Source: Hyalangium sp.
GTDB lineage: Bacteria; Myxococcota; Myxococcia; Myxococcales; Myxococcaceae
Length of the DNA: 32,000 nt
Assembly: GCF_045802625.1 (NCBI RefSeq)
Contig: NZ_JBJMQP010000039.1
Coordinates: forward strand, 236,681-268,680
Direction: 5' to 3'
Shown here: positions 15,078-24,614 of the stretch, in pieces
Layout: every line of letters starts with the position of its first letter
Position numbering within the stretch: the stretch's first letter is position 1
Position numbers and translations under genes: made by a program
The notes under the pieces: model-generated
The model's input: the letters and a program-made list of their open reading frames with translations, nothing else
Told to the model about the DNA's origin: nothing
Database searches by the model: none

Positions 15078-18000
15078 TCATCGGGCCAGGAGTGCGGGGC
15101 CACGTCGGCTCACGCGCAGGCCCAGGATCACCGCGCCGGCCGCCAGCAACGCGGTGCCTGCCAGCGCGCCCCAGCGGCCCCCCAGCGGCAGCGCGCGCTC
15201 GGCCCGGGACTCCTCCTCACGAGCCGCTTCCAGCAGCGCGGCCTCCGGCTTGTCCTTGTCCAGCAATTGCTGCTTGCGCTTGAGCGCCGCCCACAGCACG
15301 TGCGCCAGGTGCACTGGCATCCGCCCCGTGCCCTGGGAGATCTGCTCCCGGCAGCTGAAGCCGTCCGCGATGAGGAGCGTCCCCTTCTGCGACTCACGCA
15401 CCTTCGGGAGGATGACGCGCTCGCCGCAGGCCTGGCTCGTGTCGTAGTGGGACTTCTCGAAGCCGAACGCCCCCGCCATGCCGCAGCAGCCCGAGTCCGG
15501 CTTCTCCCAGTCCAGGCCCGTCTTATCCAGCGCCTTCTTCTCGGCCTCGAACTTCAGCACTGCCTGGTGGTGGCAGTGGCCCTGCACCAGCGCCCGGCCG
15601 CGCAGCTTCGGCAGCTCGAAGTCCGGCGCCTTCTTCTCCAGGAGCTCGCTCAGCACGAACGTCTGCTGGCTCAGCCGCCTTGCATCAATGTCCTCCGGGA
15701 AGAGGTTGATCAGCTCATCGCGGAAGACCGTCGCGCAGCTCGGCTCCAGCACCACGAAGGGAACCCCCGCGCGAATCTCCGCGCGGAAGCGCTCCAGCGT
15801 ATGCCGCAGCAGGGCCTTCGCCGTGTCCAACATGCCGTAGTCGTAGAGCGGCCGGCCACAGCACACGAAGCCCTGCGGCACCCGCACCTCGAAGCCCGCC
15901 GCCTCCAGGACTTCCAGCGCGGCTCGGCCCGTGTCCGGGTGGAAGAAGTTGTTGAAGGTGTCCGGGAACAGCACCACCGGCCCCCGAGTGGTCGGCGTGG
16001 GCTTGCGCCCCTTCACCATGCGCTGGAACGAGCGCGGCGCGAACTTCGGAAGCTCCCGCGCCGGGTGCACCTCCGCCGCCCACTTCGCCAGCCGGCTCAA
16101 CCCCGGCGTCTGCGTGAAGGCGTTCGCCAGCCGCGGCGTCAGCGAGGCCAGCCGGGCCCAGAACATGATGAGCCCGAAGGCGTACGCGTGCCTCGGCCTC
16201 GCCTTGCCTGCGTAGTAGTGACTGAGGAACTCGGCCTTGTACGTGGCCATGTCCACGTTCACCGGGCACTCGCCCTTGCAGCCCTTGCACGCCAGGCACA
16301 GGTCCAGCGCCTCCTTCACGTGCTCGCTGCGCCAGCCATCCTTGAGCGGCTCGCCCTGTAGCATCTCGAAGAGCAGGTGCGCCCGGCCACGTGTGGAGTG
16401 CTTCTCCTCGCGCGTCACCATGTAGCTGGGGCACATGGTACCGCCCTGCTCGCGGCGGCACTTGCCCACGCCCACGCACCGCGCGGTGGCTCGCGCGAAG
16501 CTGCCCTTGTCCTCCGGGTACAAGAAGTGTGTCTCCTGCGGCGGCGGCGCGTACTGCGTGCCCAGCCGCAGGTTCTCGTCCAGGCGATAGGGAGACACCT
16601 TCTTGTGGGGGTTCATCTTGTTGTCTGGATCCCACAGCGCCTTGAACTCACCGAACGCCCGCACCAGCTCCTCACCGAACATCTTCGGCAATAGCTCCGC
16701 GCGTGACTGGCCGTCCCCATGCTCACCGGACAATGAGCCGTTGTGCTTCACCACCAGGTCCGCCGCCTCCTCCACGAAGCGGCGGTAGTTCCGGATGCCC
16801 TGGCGAGTCTTGAAGTCGAAGTTGATGCGGCAGTGCACGCAGCCCTGGCCGAAGTGCCCATAGAGCGCCGTGTCGTAGCCGTGCTTGCCCAGCAGTTGCT
16901 TGAACTCGCGCAGGTACGCTCCGAGCTGGTTCGGCTCCACCGCCGCGTCCTCCCAGCCCTCCCACGTATCCGGCTCGCCCGGGATGAGGGCGGTGGCCCC
17001 CAGTCCTGACTCCCGCGCCTCCCAGACCAGGTGCTCCACGTCCGGCTTGTCGTAGAGGCGCATGGTGGGCGCGTCTCCGTGGAGCTTCAGCCTTGCCATC
17101 AGCTTGCGGGCCTTGTCATCTGCCTCCTCCTTGGAGTCCCCGCCGAACTCGACGACGAGCCAGCCATGGCCCTCGGGCAGCAGCTTGATGTCGTCCGGGT
17201 GCAGGCCCTTGCGGCGCATGCCGTTGATGAGGTGCTCGTCGAGCCCCTCCAGCCCGATGGGCTGAGCCTCGAGCACCTGGGGGATGTGGTCCGCGGCCTG
17301 GTACACGTCCGGATAGCCCAGTACGAGCAGCGAGCGGCACCGGGGCTCGGGGATCAGCTTCAGCAGAGCCTCCAGGATGGTGACGCACGTTCCCTCAGTA
17401 CCCACCAGCGCCCGAGCCACGTTGAAGCCCTTCTCCGGCAACAGCTCGTCCAGGCTGTAGCCGGAGACACGCCGGGGAATCTTCGGGTAGCGCTCGCGGA
17501 TCAGCGGCGCGTAGCGATCCCTCAGCGCCCTGAGCCCCGCGTAGAGCTGCCCGCGCCGCCCCCCCTCGCGGATGATGCGCGCCAGCCCCTCGTCGGAGGT
17601 GGGGCCCACGCGCATCCGCAGCCCGTCGTAGGTGAGGACCTCCAGCTCCACGGTGTTGTACTCCATGCGGCCCGCCATCTGCGCGTGCGTGCCGCAGGCG
17701 TTGTTGCCCAGCATGCCTCCCAGCGTGCAGCGGTCGTGCGTGGAGGGATCCGGGCCGAAGGTGAGCTGGTACTTCTCGATGGTGTGCCGGCGCAGGTTGT
17801 CCAGCACCAAGCCCGGCTGCACGCGCGCCAGCCGCCGCTCGGGATCCACGTGCAGGATGCGGTTCAGGTAGCGCGAGAAGTCCATCACCACGGCCACGTT
17901 GCACGTCTGCCCCGCGAGGCTCGTGCCTCCGCCACGGCTGAGCAGCGGGGCACCGAACTGACGGCACAGGCGCACCGTCTCCATCACGTCCTCCACCGAG

Positions 18001-18236
18001 CGTGGACGCACCACGCCCAGCGGGACCTGCCGGTAGTTGGAGGAGTCCGTGGCGTAAAGTGCCCGGCTGCCCGCGTCGAACTCCACCTCGCCCTCCAAGC
18101 GCTCGCGCAGGGCCTCTTCGAGCCCCTTCACGTCCACCTCCGCTCGCTCGCGGCGCTCGGGAGGCTGCTCGGGCCGCCGTCCTCGCTTCAGCCGGCGCTG
18201 ATCGATGAGCGTATCGAGCAACGAGAAGGTCCTCAT
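15078..18236 (-). CDS. YdiJ-type fused FAD-binding oxidase (GlcD-like) + Fe-S/CCG (GlcF/HdrD-like) 2-hydroxyacid dehydrogenase with C-terminal TM helix
   Basis: The track ORF is over-extended to 18419. The start ATG 18236 forms an ATGA overlap with the upstream stop (18235..18233). The FAD_binding_4 region is LLSRGGGTSLAGQ. Two 4Fe-4S motifs are present (CVGVGKCRREQGGTMCPSY and CLACKGCKGECPVN). Two CCG motifs are present (GFVCCGRPLYDYG and DSGCCGMAGAFGFE). A C-terminal hydrophobic helix is present (WGALAGTALLAAGAVILGL). Confidence 0.9.
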   Translation of the reverse strand: MRTFSLLDTLIDQRRLKRGRRPEQPPERRERAEVDVKGLEEALRERLEGEVEFDAGSRALYATDSSNYRQVPLGVVRPRSVEDVMETVRLCRQFGAPLLSRGGGTSLAGQTCNVAVVMDFSRYLNRILHVDPERRLARVQPGLVLDNLRRHTIEKYQLTFGPDPSTHDRCTLGGMLGNNACGTHAQMAGRMEYNTVELEVLTYDGLRMRVGPTSDEGLARIIREGGRRGQLYAGLRALRDRYAPLIRERYPKIPRRVSGYSLDELLPEKGFNVARALVGTEGTCVTILEALLKLIPEPRCRSLLVLGYPDVYQAADHIPQVLEAQPIGLEGLDEHLINGMRRKGLHPDDIKLLPEGHGWLVVEFGGDSKEEADDKARKLMARLKLHGDAPTMRLYDKPDVEHLVWEARESGLGATALIPGEPDTWEGWEDAAVEPNQLGAYLREFKQLLGKHGYDTALYGHFGQGCVHCRINFDFKTRQGIRNYRRFVEEAADLVVKHNGSLSGEHGDGQSRAELLPKMFGEELVRAFGEFKALWDPDNKMNPHKKVSPYRLDENLRLGTQYAPPPQETHFLYPEDKGSFARATARCVGVGKCRREQGGTMCPSYMVTREEKHSTRGRAHLLFEMLQGEPLKDGWRSEHVKEALDLCLACKGCKGECPVNVDMATYKAEFLSHYYAGKARPRHAYAFGLIMFWARLASLTPRLANAFTQTPGLSRLAKWAAEVHPARELPKFAPRSFQRMVKGRKPTPTTRGPVVLFPDTFNNFFHPDTGRAALEVLEAAGFEVRVPQGFVCCGRPLYDYGMLDTAKALLRHTLERFRAEIRAGVPFVVLEPSCATVFRDELINLFPEDIDARRLSQQTFVLSELLEKKAPDFELPKLRGRALVQGHCHHQAVLKFEAEKKALDKTGLDWEKPDSGCCGMAGAFGFEKSHYDTSQACGERVILPKVRESQKGTLLIADGFSCREQISQGTGRMPVHLAHVLWAALKRKQQLLDKDKPEAALLEAAREEESRAERALPLGGRWGALAGTALLAAGAVILGLRVSRRGPALLAR

Positions 18237-19363
18237 GTCCGCGCCCCCATGGCGTAGCGAGCGGCATCCGCCCGTTTCAGTTCCAGCCCCAGCCCCGGGC
18301 GCGAGAGATCCGGCACGAGGGCGCCGTCCTTCAGCTCGGGCACGCCGTCGAAGAGCATCCGCTCCAGCCGGGCGTGGTCGTGGAAGTACTCCAGGTGCAC
18401 CAGCCGCCGTGCCGCGCACGCCGCGTGGACGTGGAGCGCCGGGGCGCAGTGGCCTGAGAGCGGCACGCCGTACGCGTCACACAGCGCGTCCGCCTGGAGG
18501 AAGCCGGTGATGCCCAGGCATCGCGTGACGTCCGCCTGCAACACATCCACCGCGCCAGCCTCCAGCATGCGGCGGAAATAGAGGCCGCCATCGCCATACT
18601 CGCCCGCGGCCACCGCCATGCCCGCTGGGGCTCGCGCCCGAATGCGGTGCAGGCTCGGGAGATCGTCGCTGGAGACGGGCTCCTCGAACCAGGTGACGCC
18701 TTGCTCGGCGAAGCGCTCGGCGAGCGCCAGGGCCTGCGTGGCCGAGTACGCGCCATTAGCGTCCACGAAGAGCTCCGCGTCCTTCCCGATGGCTTGCCGA
18801 GCGGCCCGGACCCGCGCCACGTCCTGCTCGGGATGGCTGCCCACCTTCATCTTCACGCGGGGGATGCCCTGCTCCACCCAGCCGGAGAGCTGCGACTGCA
18901 GCTTCTCCACTGAGTACGAGGTGAAGCCTCCACTGCCGTAGACGGGGACGCGCGCTCTCGCGGCGCCGAGCAACCGCACCAGCGGCACCCCGAGCAGCCG
19001 GGCCTTCACGTCCCACAGGGCGGCATCCACGGCGGACAGCGCCATGGAGATCAGCCCGGGCCGCCCCAGGTTCCGCACCCGCCGGAGGAGCGCGATCATC
19101 CGCGCGGGAATATCCATCGCATCCTGGGAGCGAAGCTCTTCGGCGAAGACGCGGGAGATGAGCTCCGCGGCCACCGCGTCCGTGTACGTGTAGCCCAGCC
19201 CCCGCTGGCCGCCGGCTGTCAGCTCCACGACGACGAGCGTGGTCGAGTTCCACTCGAAGGTCCCATCCGCCTCCGGCGCATCCGTGGGGATCTTGTACGC
19301 GGAGGCCTCCACTCGCTCGATGCGAGCAACGGCTTCGCCACGTTGCATCCCCTCTGCCGTCAC
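18233..19363 (-). CDS. Enolase-superfamily enzyme, mandelate racemase/muconate lactonizing subgroup (racemase or acid-sugar dehydratase)
   Basis: The catalytic pattern is visible: KxK (RVKMKVG), metal ligands FVDANG (Asp), WFEEPV (Glu) and AAGEYG (Glu), then LQADVT (Asp) and LSGHCAP (His). The start is either GTG 19363, which lies 5 nt after GGAGGG, or ATG 19348. The track start at 19444 is unlikely. Confidence 0.85.
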   Translation of the reverse strand: MTAEGMQRGEAVARIERVEASAYKIPTDAPEADGTFEWNSTTLVVVELTAGGQRGLGYTYTDAVAAELISRVFAEELRSQDAMDIPARMIALLRRVRNLGRPGLISMALSAVDAALWDVKARLLGVPLVRLLGAARARVPVYGSGGFTSYSVEKLQSQLSGWVEQGIPRVKMKVGSHPEQDVARVRAARQAIGKDAELFVDANGAYSATQALALAERFAEQGVTWFEEPVSSDDLPSLHRIRARAPAGMAVAAGEYGDGGLYFRRMLEAGAVDVLQADVTRCLGITGFLQADALCDAYGVPLSGHCAPALHVHAACAARRLVHLEYFHDHARLERMLFDGVPELKDGALVPDLSRPGLGLELKRADAARYAMGART

Positions 19364-19556
19364 CGAAGCCCTCCAAGGACCGCCGGCCCCCGTCAGTCCC
19401 AACCAGAAAGGTAGGTTCGAGCAGCAACTATCGGCACCCCTCATTCGACGCCTGCCTGCTGAGCAGGGAGGACAGCAGGCTCTCCCGAGCGACGTTCACG
19501 CCGGGTCCTGCACGCCGCGCGCATCAGGTCCAGCTTTTCAGAGAGAGGGACAAGAC

Positions 19557-19934
19557 ATGCCAACCACCATCGGCCGCAAGGTATGGGCCATCGCCGAGGG
19601 CTACATCCCCGGCAAGAGCACGGGGCAAGGCCGAGCGATGGAGAGCCACGAGACGGCCTGTCTACTCAACGCGTCCGACCAGGACGCCCAGGTGGAGATC
19701 ACCCTCTTCTTCAAGGACCGGGAGCCGGTGGGCCCCTACCGAGTGACAGTCCCGGCCCGGCGCACCCAGCACGTGCGCTTCAATGATCTGAGCGATCCCG
19801 TGCCCGTTCCTCGCGACACCGACTACGCGAGCGTCATCTCGTCCAATGTCCCCATCGTGGTGCAGCACACCCGGCTCGACTCGAGGCAGGCTGAGCTCGC
19901 GCTCATCTCCACGATGGCCTTCCCCATCGACTGA
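19557..19934 (+). CDS. Sensory rhodopsin transducer (ASRT) family protein
   Basis: The track ORF 19239..19934 is over-extended. The start ATG 19557 lies 6 nt after GAGAGAGGGA. The 125-aa product is MPTTIGRKVWAIAEGYIPGK...SHETACLLNASDQDAQVEITLFFKDREPVGPYRVTVPARRTQHVRFNDLSDPVPVPRDTDYASVISSNVPIVVQHTRLDSRQAE. From memory it aligns nearly end-to-end with Anabaena ASRT (same length, blocks WAIAEGYIP, SHET.C.LN, PVGPYR.TVPARRT.HVRFNDL, SNVPIVVQHTRLDSRQAE). Confidence 0.8.
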   Translation: MPTTIGRKVWAIAEGYIPGKSTGQGRAMESHETACLLNASDQDAQVEITLFFKDREPVGPYRVTVPARRTQHVRFNDLSDPVPVPRDTDYASVISSNVPIVVQHTRLDSRQAELALISTMAFPID

Positions 19935-19945
19935 CGGAGGGCCCC

Positions 19946-20503
19946 ATGGAACGCACCCAGCACGCCAAGCAGGTCATCGAAGCCACGCGAGAGGAGGCGG
20001 AGCACTGGAACCTCTTCCGGGATGTGGTGGTGCCGGGAGCCATCGCGGGGATGCTCGGCGCCGTGGTCATGGCGGCGTTGGCGCTTCCCCTGGGAGTGCT
20101 CACGCATGGGGACCTCTGGTACGCGGCCCGGCTGGCGGGAGGTGTCTTCCAGCGCGAGGCTCCGAACGGCACACTCGCGGTGCTCCTCGGGCTGGGAGTG
20201 CACGTGGCCACCGCGGGAGGACTGGCCACGCTCTTCGCGATGTTGCTTCCGCGCGGGGGCACCGGGACGGCGGCGCTGATGCTCGGGGTGCTGATGGGCT
20301 TGGCGCTTCAGGTCGTCATGCCCGCCCTGGTGATTCCGTGGGCCTCGCCTCCGCTCGACCGAGAGATGCCGCATGCCGCGCTGCTCCTGCTGCACCTGGC
20401 CTTCGGCGCGTCGCTCGGAGCGGTGGTGCCGGCGCGCGGGCTCGTGACGACGCTCGACCGGATGCGCCGAGCCGTCCACGGTGCTCGCCACGCGGTGGGC
20501 TGA
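19946..20503 (+). CDS. Hypothetical integral membrane protein (about 4 TM)
   Basis: 185-aa ORF starting 11 nt after the ASRT-family stop, with GGAGG in the spacer. Four hydrophobic segments: VVVPGAIAGMLGAVVMAALALPLGVL, LAVLLGLGVHVATAGGLATLFAMLL, TAALMLGVLMGLALQVVMPALVI and HAALLLLHLAFGASLGAVV. No family recognised. It is not a 7-TM rhodopsin. Confidence 0.65.
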   Translation: MERTQHAKQVIEATREEAEHWNLFRDVVVPGAIAGMLGAVVMAALALPLGVLTHGDLWYAARLAGGVFQREAPNGTLAVLLGLGVHVATAGGLATLFAMLLPRGGTGTAALMLGVLMGLALQVVMPALVIPWASPPLDREMPHAALLLLHLAFGASLGAVVPARGLVTTLDRMRRAVHGARHAVG

Positions 20504-20518
20504 TCTCCTGCTTCGGAC

Positions 20519-20929
20519 TCAGGGCGTCTGCTCGCTGGGAGGCTCGCGATTGAGCGCCGCCTTGGGCTCGTCCTGAAGCCCCGGGAGTGTCTCGGCCGAG
20601 AAAGGCCCTGGTGGTAGCACGCTTGTGGGACGGTCGCTGGCCTCCACGAGGATCAGCCCCACCAGGATGACGACAAAGGCGAGCGAGGTAGCCACCACCA
20701 GCCGAGGCCCACCCGGGCGCTCCGACAAGTGCATGAAGAAGAAGGCCACCAGGGTCGCCTTCGTCACCGCGATGGCCAGCGCCACCACGACTCCCCACTG
20801 CCCCAGGTGCAGGTGCGCCAGCCCATACGAGAGCGTGGTGAGGGCCAGCAGCCCCACGCCCACGAGCAGGGCCTTGCCGAAGCCACCGTGGGGCTTGTGC
20901 TTCTCGCTCTCGCTCCGAGTCCCTGTCAT
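20519..20929 (-). CDS. ctaF: Cytochrome c oxidase subunit IV (bacterial CtaF/CoxIV family)
   Basis: 136-aa ORF directly after subunit III, with GGAGG 8 nt upstream of the ATG. The N-terminus has a His-containing segment followed by TM helices (KALLVGVGLLALTTLSYGLAHL and VVVALAIAVTKATLVAFFFMHL), typical of small subunit IV. It has a hydrophilic C-terminal tail. Confidence 0.7.
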   Translation of the reverse strand: MTGTRSESEKHKPHGGFGKALLVGVGLLALTTLSYGLAHLHLGQWGVVVALAIAVTKATLVAFFFMHLSERPGGPRLVVATSLAFVVILVGLILVEASDRPTSVLPPGPFSAETLPGLQDEPKAALNREPPSEQTP

Positions 20930-20950
20930 GCGCGCATCCTCCGCATCCCG

Positions 20951-21583
20951 TCACGCCAGATAGAGCAACGGCCAGAGGAACAACCAGACGACGTCCACGA
21001 GGTGCCAGTACATGCCGCCCAGCTCCAGCGGCGTGTGGTAGGTCGCGTTGAACTTCCCCGAGAGCGTCTGGAAGCTCAGCACCGAGAGCACTCCAATACC
21101 CACCGTCACGTGTACGGCGTGGACGCCTGTCATGATCCAGTAGAGGGTGAAGTAGAGGCTCGCGCCCGGCACGGCGAACTTGTGGAAGGCGTAGTGGGCA
21201 CCGGGCAGGGCCTTGTCGCGCGCGTGGTGGGCGTACTCCACGCCCTTGATGCAGAGGAAGGTGATGCCCAGCAGCACCGCTCCCACGAGGAAGGCGCTGG
21301 CGGCCAGCTCCCTCCCGCTCCGGATGGAGGCGATCGCCAGCGCCACGAGCACGCTGCTGCTCACCAGGACGTATGTGTTGATCGTCCCCAGCGTCACTTC
21401 CATGTGCTCGCGCGCCTGGTGGAATATCTCCGGATATGCCAGCCGGTACATCGCATACGAGGCGAAGAGGCCCGCGAACAGCAGCACCTCGGTGGCCAGG
21501 AAGATCCACATGCCCAGGTGCGCCGCGTCCTGGCGCGACGCCTCATCGCCGAAGTGCTCGGCCTGCGGCACCACGGGCCTCAT
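20951..21583 (-). CDS. ctaE: Cytochrome c oxidase subunit III
   Basis: Family-typical sequence: HLGMWIFLATEVLLFAGLFASY..., FLCIKGVEY, LYFTLYWIMTGVHAVHVTVG and YWHLVDVVWLFLWPLLYL. I prefer ATG 21583, 7 nt after the subunit I stop, over the overlapping track start at 21622. Confidence 0.9.
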   Translation of the reverse strand: MRPVVPQAEHFGDEASRQDAAHLGMWIFLATEVLLFAGLFASYAMYRLAYPEIFHQAREHMEVTLGTINTYVLVSSSVLVALAIASIRSGRELAASAFLVGAVLLGITFLCIKGVEYAHHARDKALPGAHYAFHKFAVPGASLYFTLYWIMTGVHAVHVTVGIGVLSVLSFQTLSGKFNATYHTPLELGGMYWHLVDVVWLFLWPLLYLA

Positions 21584-21590
21584 GGCTTGC

Positions 21591-23208
<1,618 letters not shown>

Positions 23209-23228
<20 letters not shown>

Positions 23229-24258
23229 ACTTGGGCTCCTGCGCGGCCGGAGGCACGGGGCGCTCGGGTCGCAGTGTCTTGATGAACTCCACGATCGCGG
23301 CCGCCTCAGCCGGGCTCAGCCGCCCGTGGAAGGTCGGCATCACCGGGTTGAAGCCCGCCACCACCTTGGCCGCCGGGTCCATCATCGACTCGGTGAGGTA
23401 GGCCACGTCCGCGCGGATCCGCTCGCCAGACTGCAGGGGCTCCTCGCGCTGGTAGAGCCCCAACCACGTGGGCCCGATGTGCGGTGTTCCATCCACGGTG
23501 TGGCACTGGAAACACCCCTTCCGCATCGCCACCGTGCGCCCGAGCTCGGCCATCGGCCCCGGCGCGTCCGAGCCGGACTCCACCACGGGCGCCTCCCCCG
23601 CTCCGGGCGTGGGCAGCGGCTTCTGCCGGGCGCGCCACGCCTCGAACTCGCCCGGCTCCAGCGCTACCACCTCGGCGCGCATCTGCGAGTGATCCAGCCC
23701 GCAGTACTCGGCGCACAGCACCTGGTAGCGCCCTGGCGCCTTCACCTCGAACCACGTCTCCGTGTAGCGCCCGGGCAGTGCGTCCTGCTTGAGCCGGAAC
23801 TCGGGCACATAGAAAGAGTGGATGACGTCTCGCGCTGTGAGCAGCAGCCGCACCGGGCGCCCCGCCGGCACGTACAGCTCGTTCACGCTGCCAAGGCCGT
23901 CCGGGTAGGCGAACTTCCACATCCACTGCTTGGCCGTGACGTAGACGTCCATCGCCCCCGCGGGCGGGCTCTTCGCCCAGACGTAGTCGCGGAAGCCCAT
24001 CACGCCCCAGAGCAGGAAGAAGAACAGGGGCACCCCGATGAAGAGGCCCTCCAGCCACATGGGAGCCTCCACCTTCGGCGTGAAGGTGAACGCGTGCCGG
24101 CGCCGGAAGCGGATCAGGAAGACGAGCCCCGTGAGCCCGATGCACGTCCCCACCACGAAGGTGGTGATGATGACGAAGAAGTGGATGCGGTCCACGCGGT
24201 CCGCCAGCGTGGAGCCCGCCCGGGGCAGGAACAGGAGGTGCCGCAGCAGATTGCTCAT
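23209..24258 (-). CDS. ctaC: Cytochrome c oxidase subunit II with fused C-terminal cytochrome c domain (caa3-type)
   Basis: CuA site: VIHSFYVPEF...CAEYCGLDHSQM. A C-terminal haem c motif is CFQCHTVDG, with a downstream MPTF. N-terminal TM helices are present. ATGA overlap with the upstream small gene at 24255..24258. Confidence 0.9.
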
Positions 24259-24614
24259 GGCCCTCTCCCCTCCTCCGCCAGCACCTGCTCCATGGCGCGC
24301 TCGATGGGCACGTGGATGACGCCCGCTTTACGGTCCACCCAGCCGTAGCTCTCCAGCCGCGCCCCCTGCTCCGCTCGCAGGCTCGAAGCCTCATCCTCCA
24401 ACGCGAAGGGCCGCTGGTTGACGATGCCAATCTCCGCCTCGCCCATCCGAGACGGAGTCCCGGCCCGCTCTCGGGGCTGGCTCTTGCCCTCCCACCACCG
24501 GACGGCCAGCACCGCCAGGACGACGAGCACCAGCCAGCCTCCTCCCACGATGAGGATGAGCCGGCTCGGCAGCCGGTCGTGCTGCGGCGGAGTGGGCGTG
24601 AACCCTTCACTCAT
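24255..24614 (-). CDS. Small single-TM protein between actF and ctaC (ActG-position protein, function unknown)
   Basis: 119-aa ORF. It has one TM helix (LILIVGGGWLVLVVLAVLAVRWW), then a soluble tail ending ESYGWVDRKAGVIHVPIERAMEQVLAE. It overlaps actF by 8 nt and ctaC by 4 nt (ATGA), so it is embedded in the operon. Confidence 0.6.
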   Translation of the reverse strand: MSEGFTPTPPQHDRLPSRLILIVGGGWLVLVVLAVLAVRWWEGKSQPRERAGTPSRMGEAEIGIVNQRPFALEDEASSLRAEQGARLESYGWVDRKAGVIHVPIERAMEQVLAEEGRGP

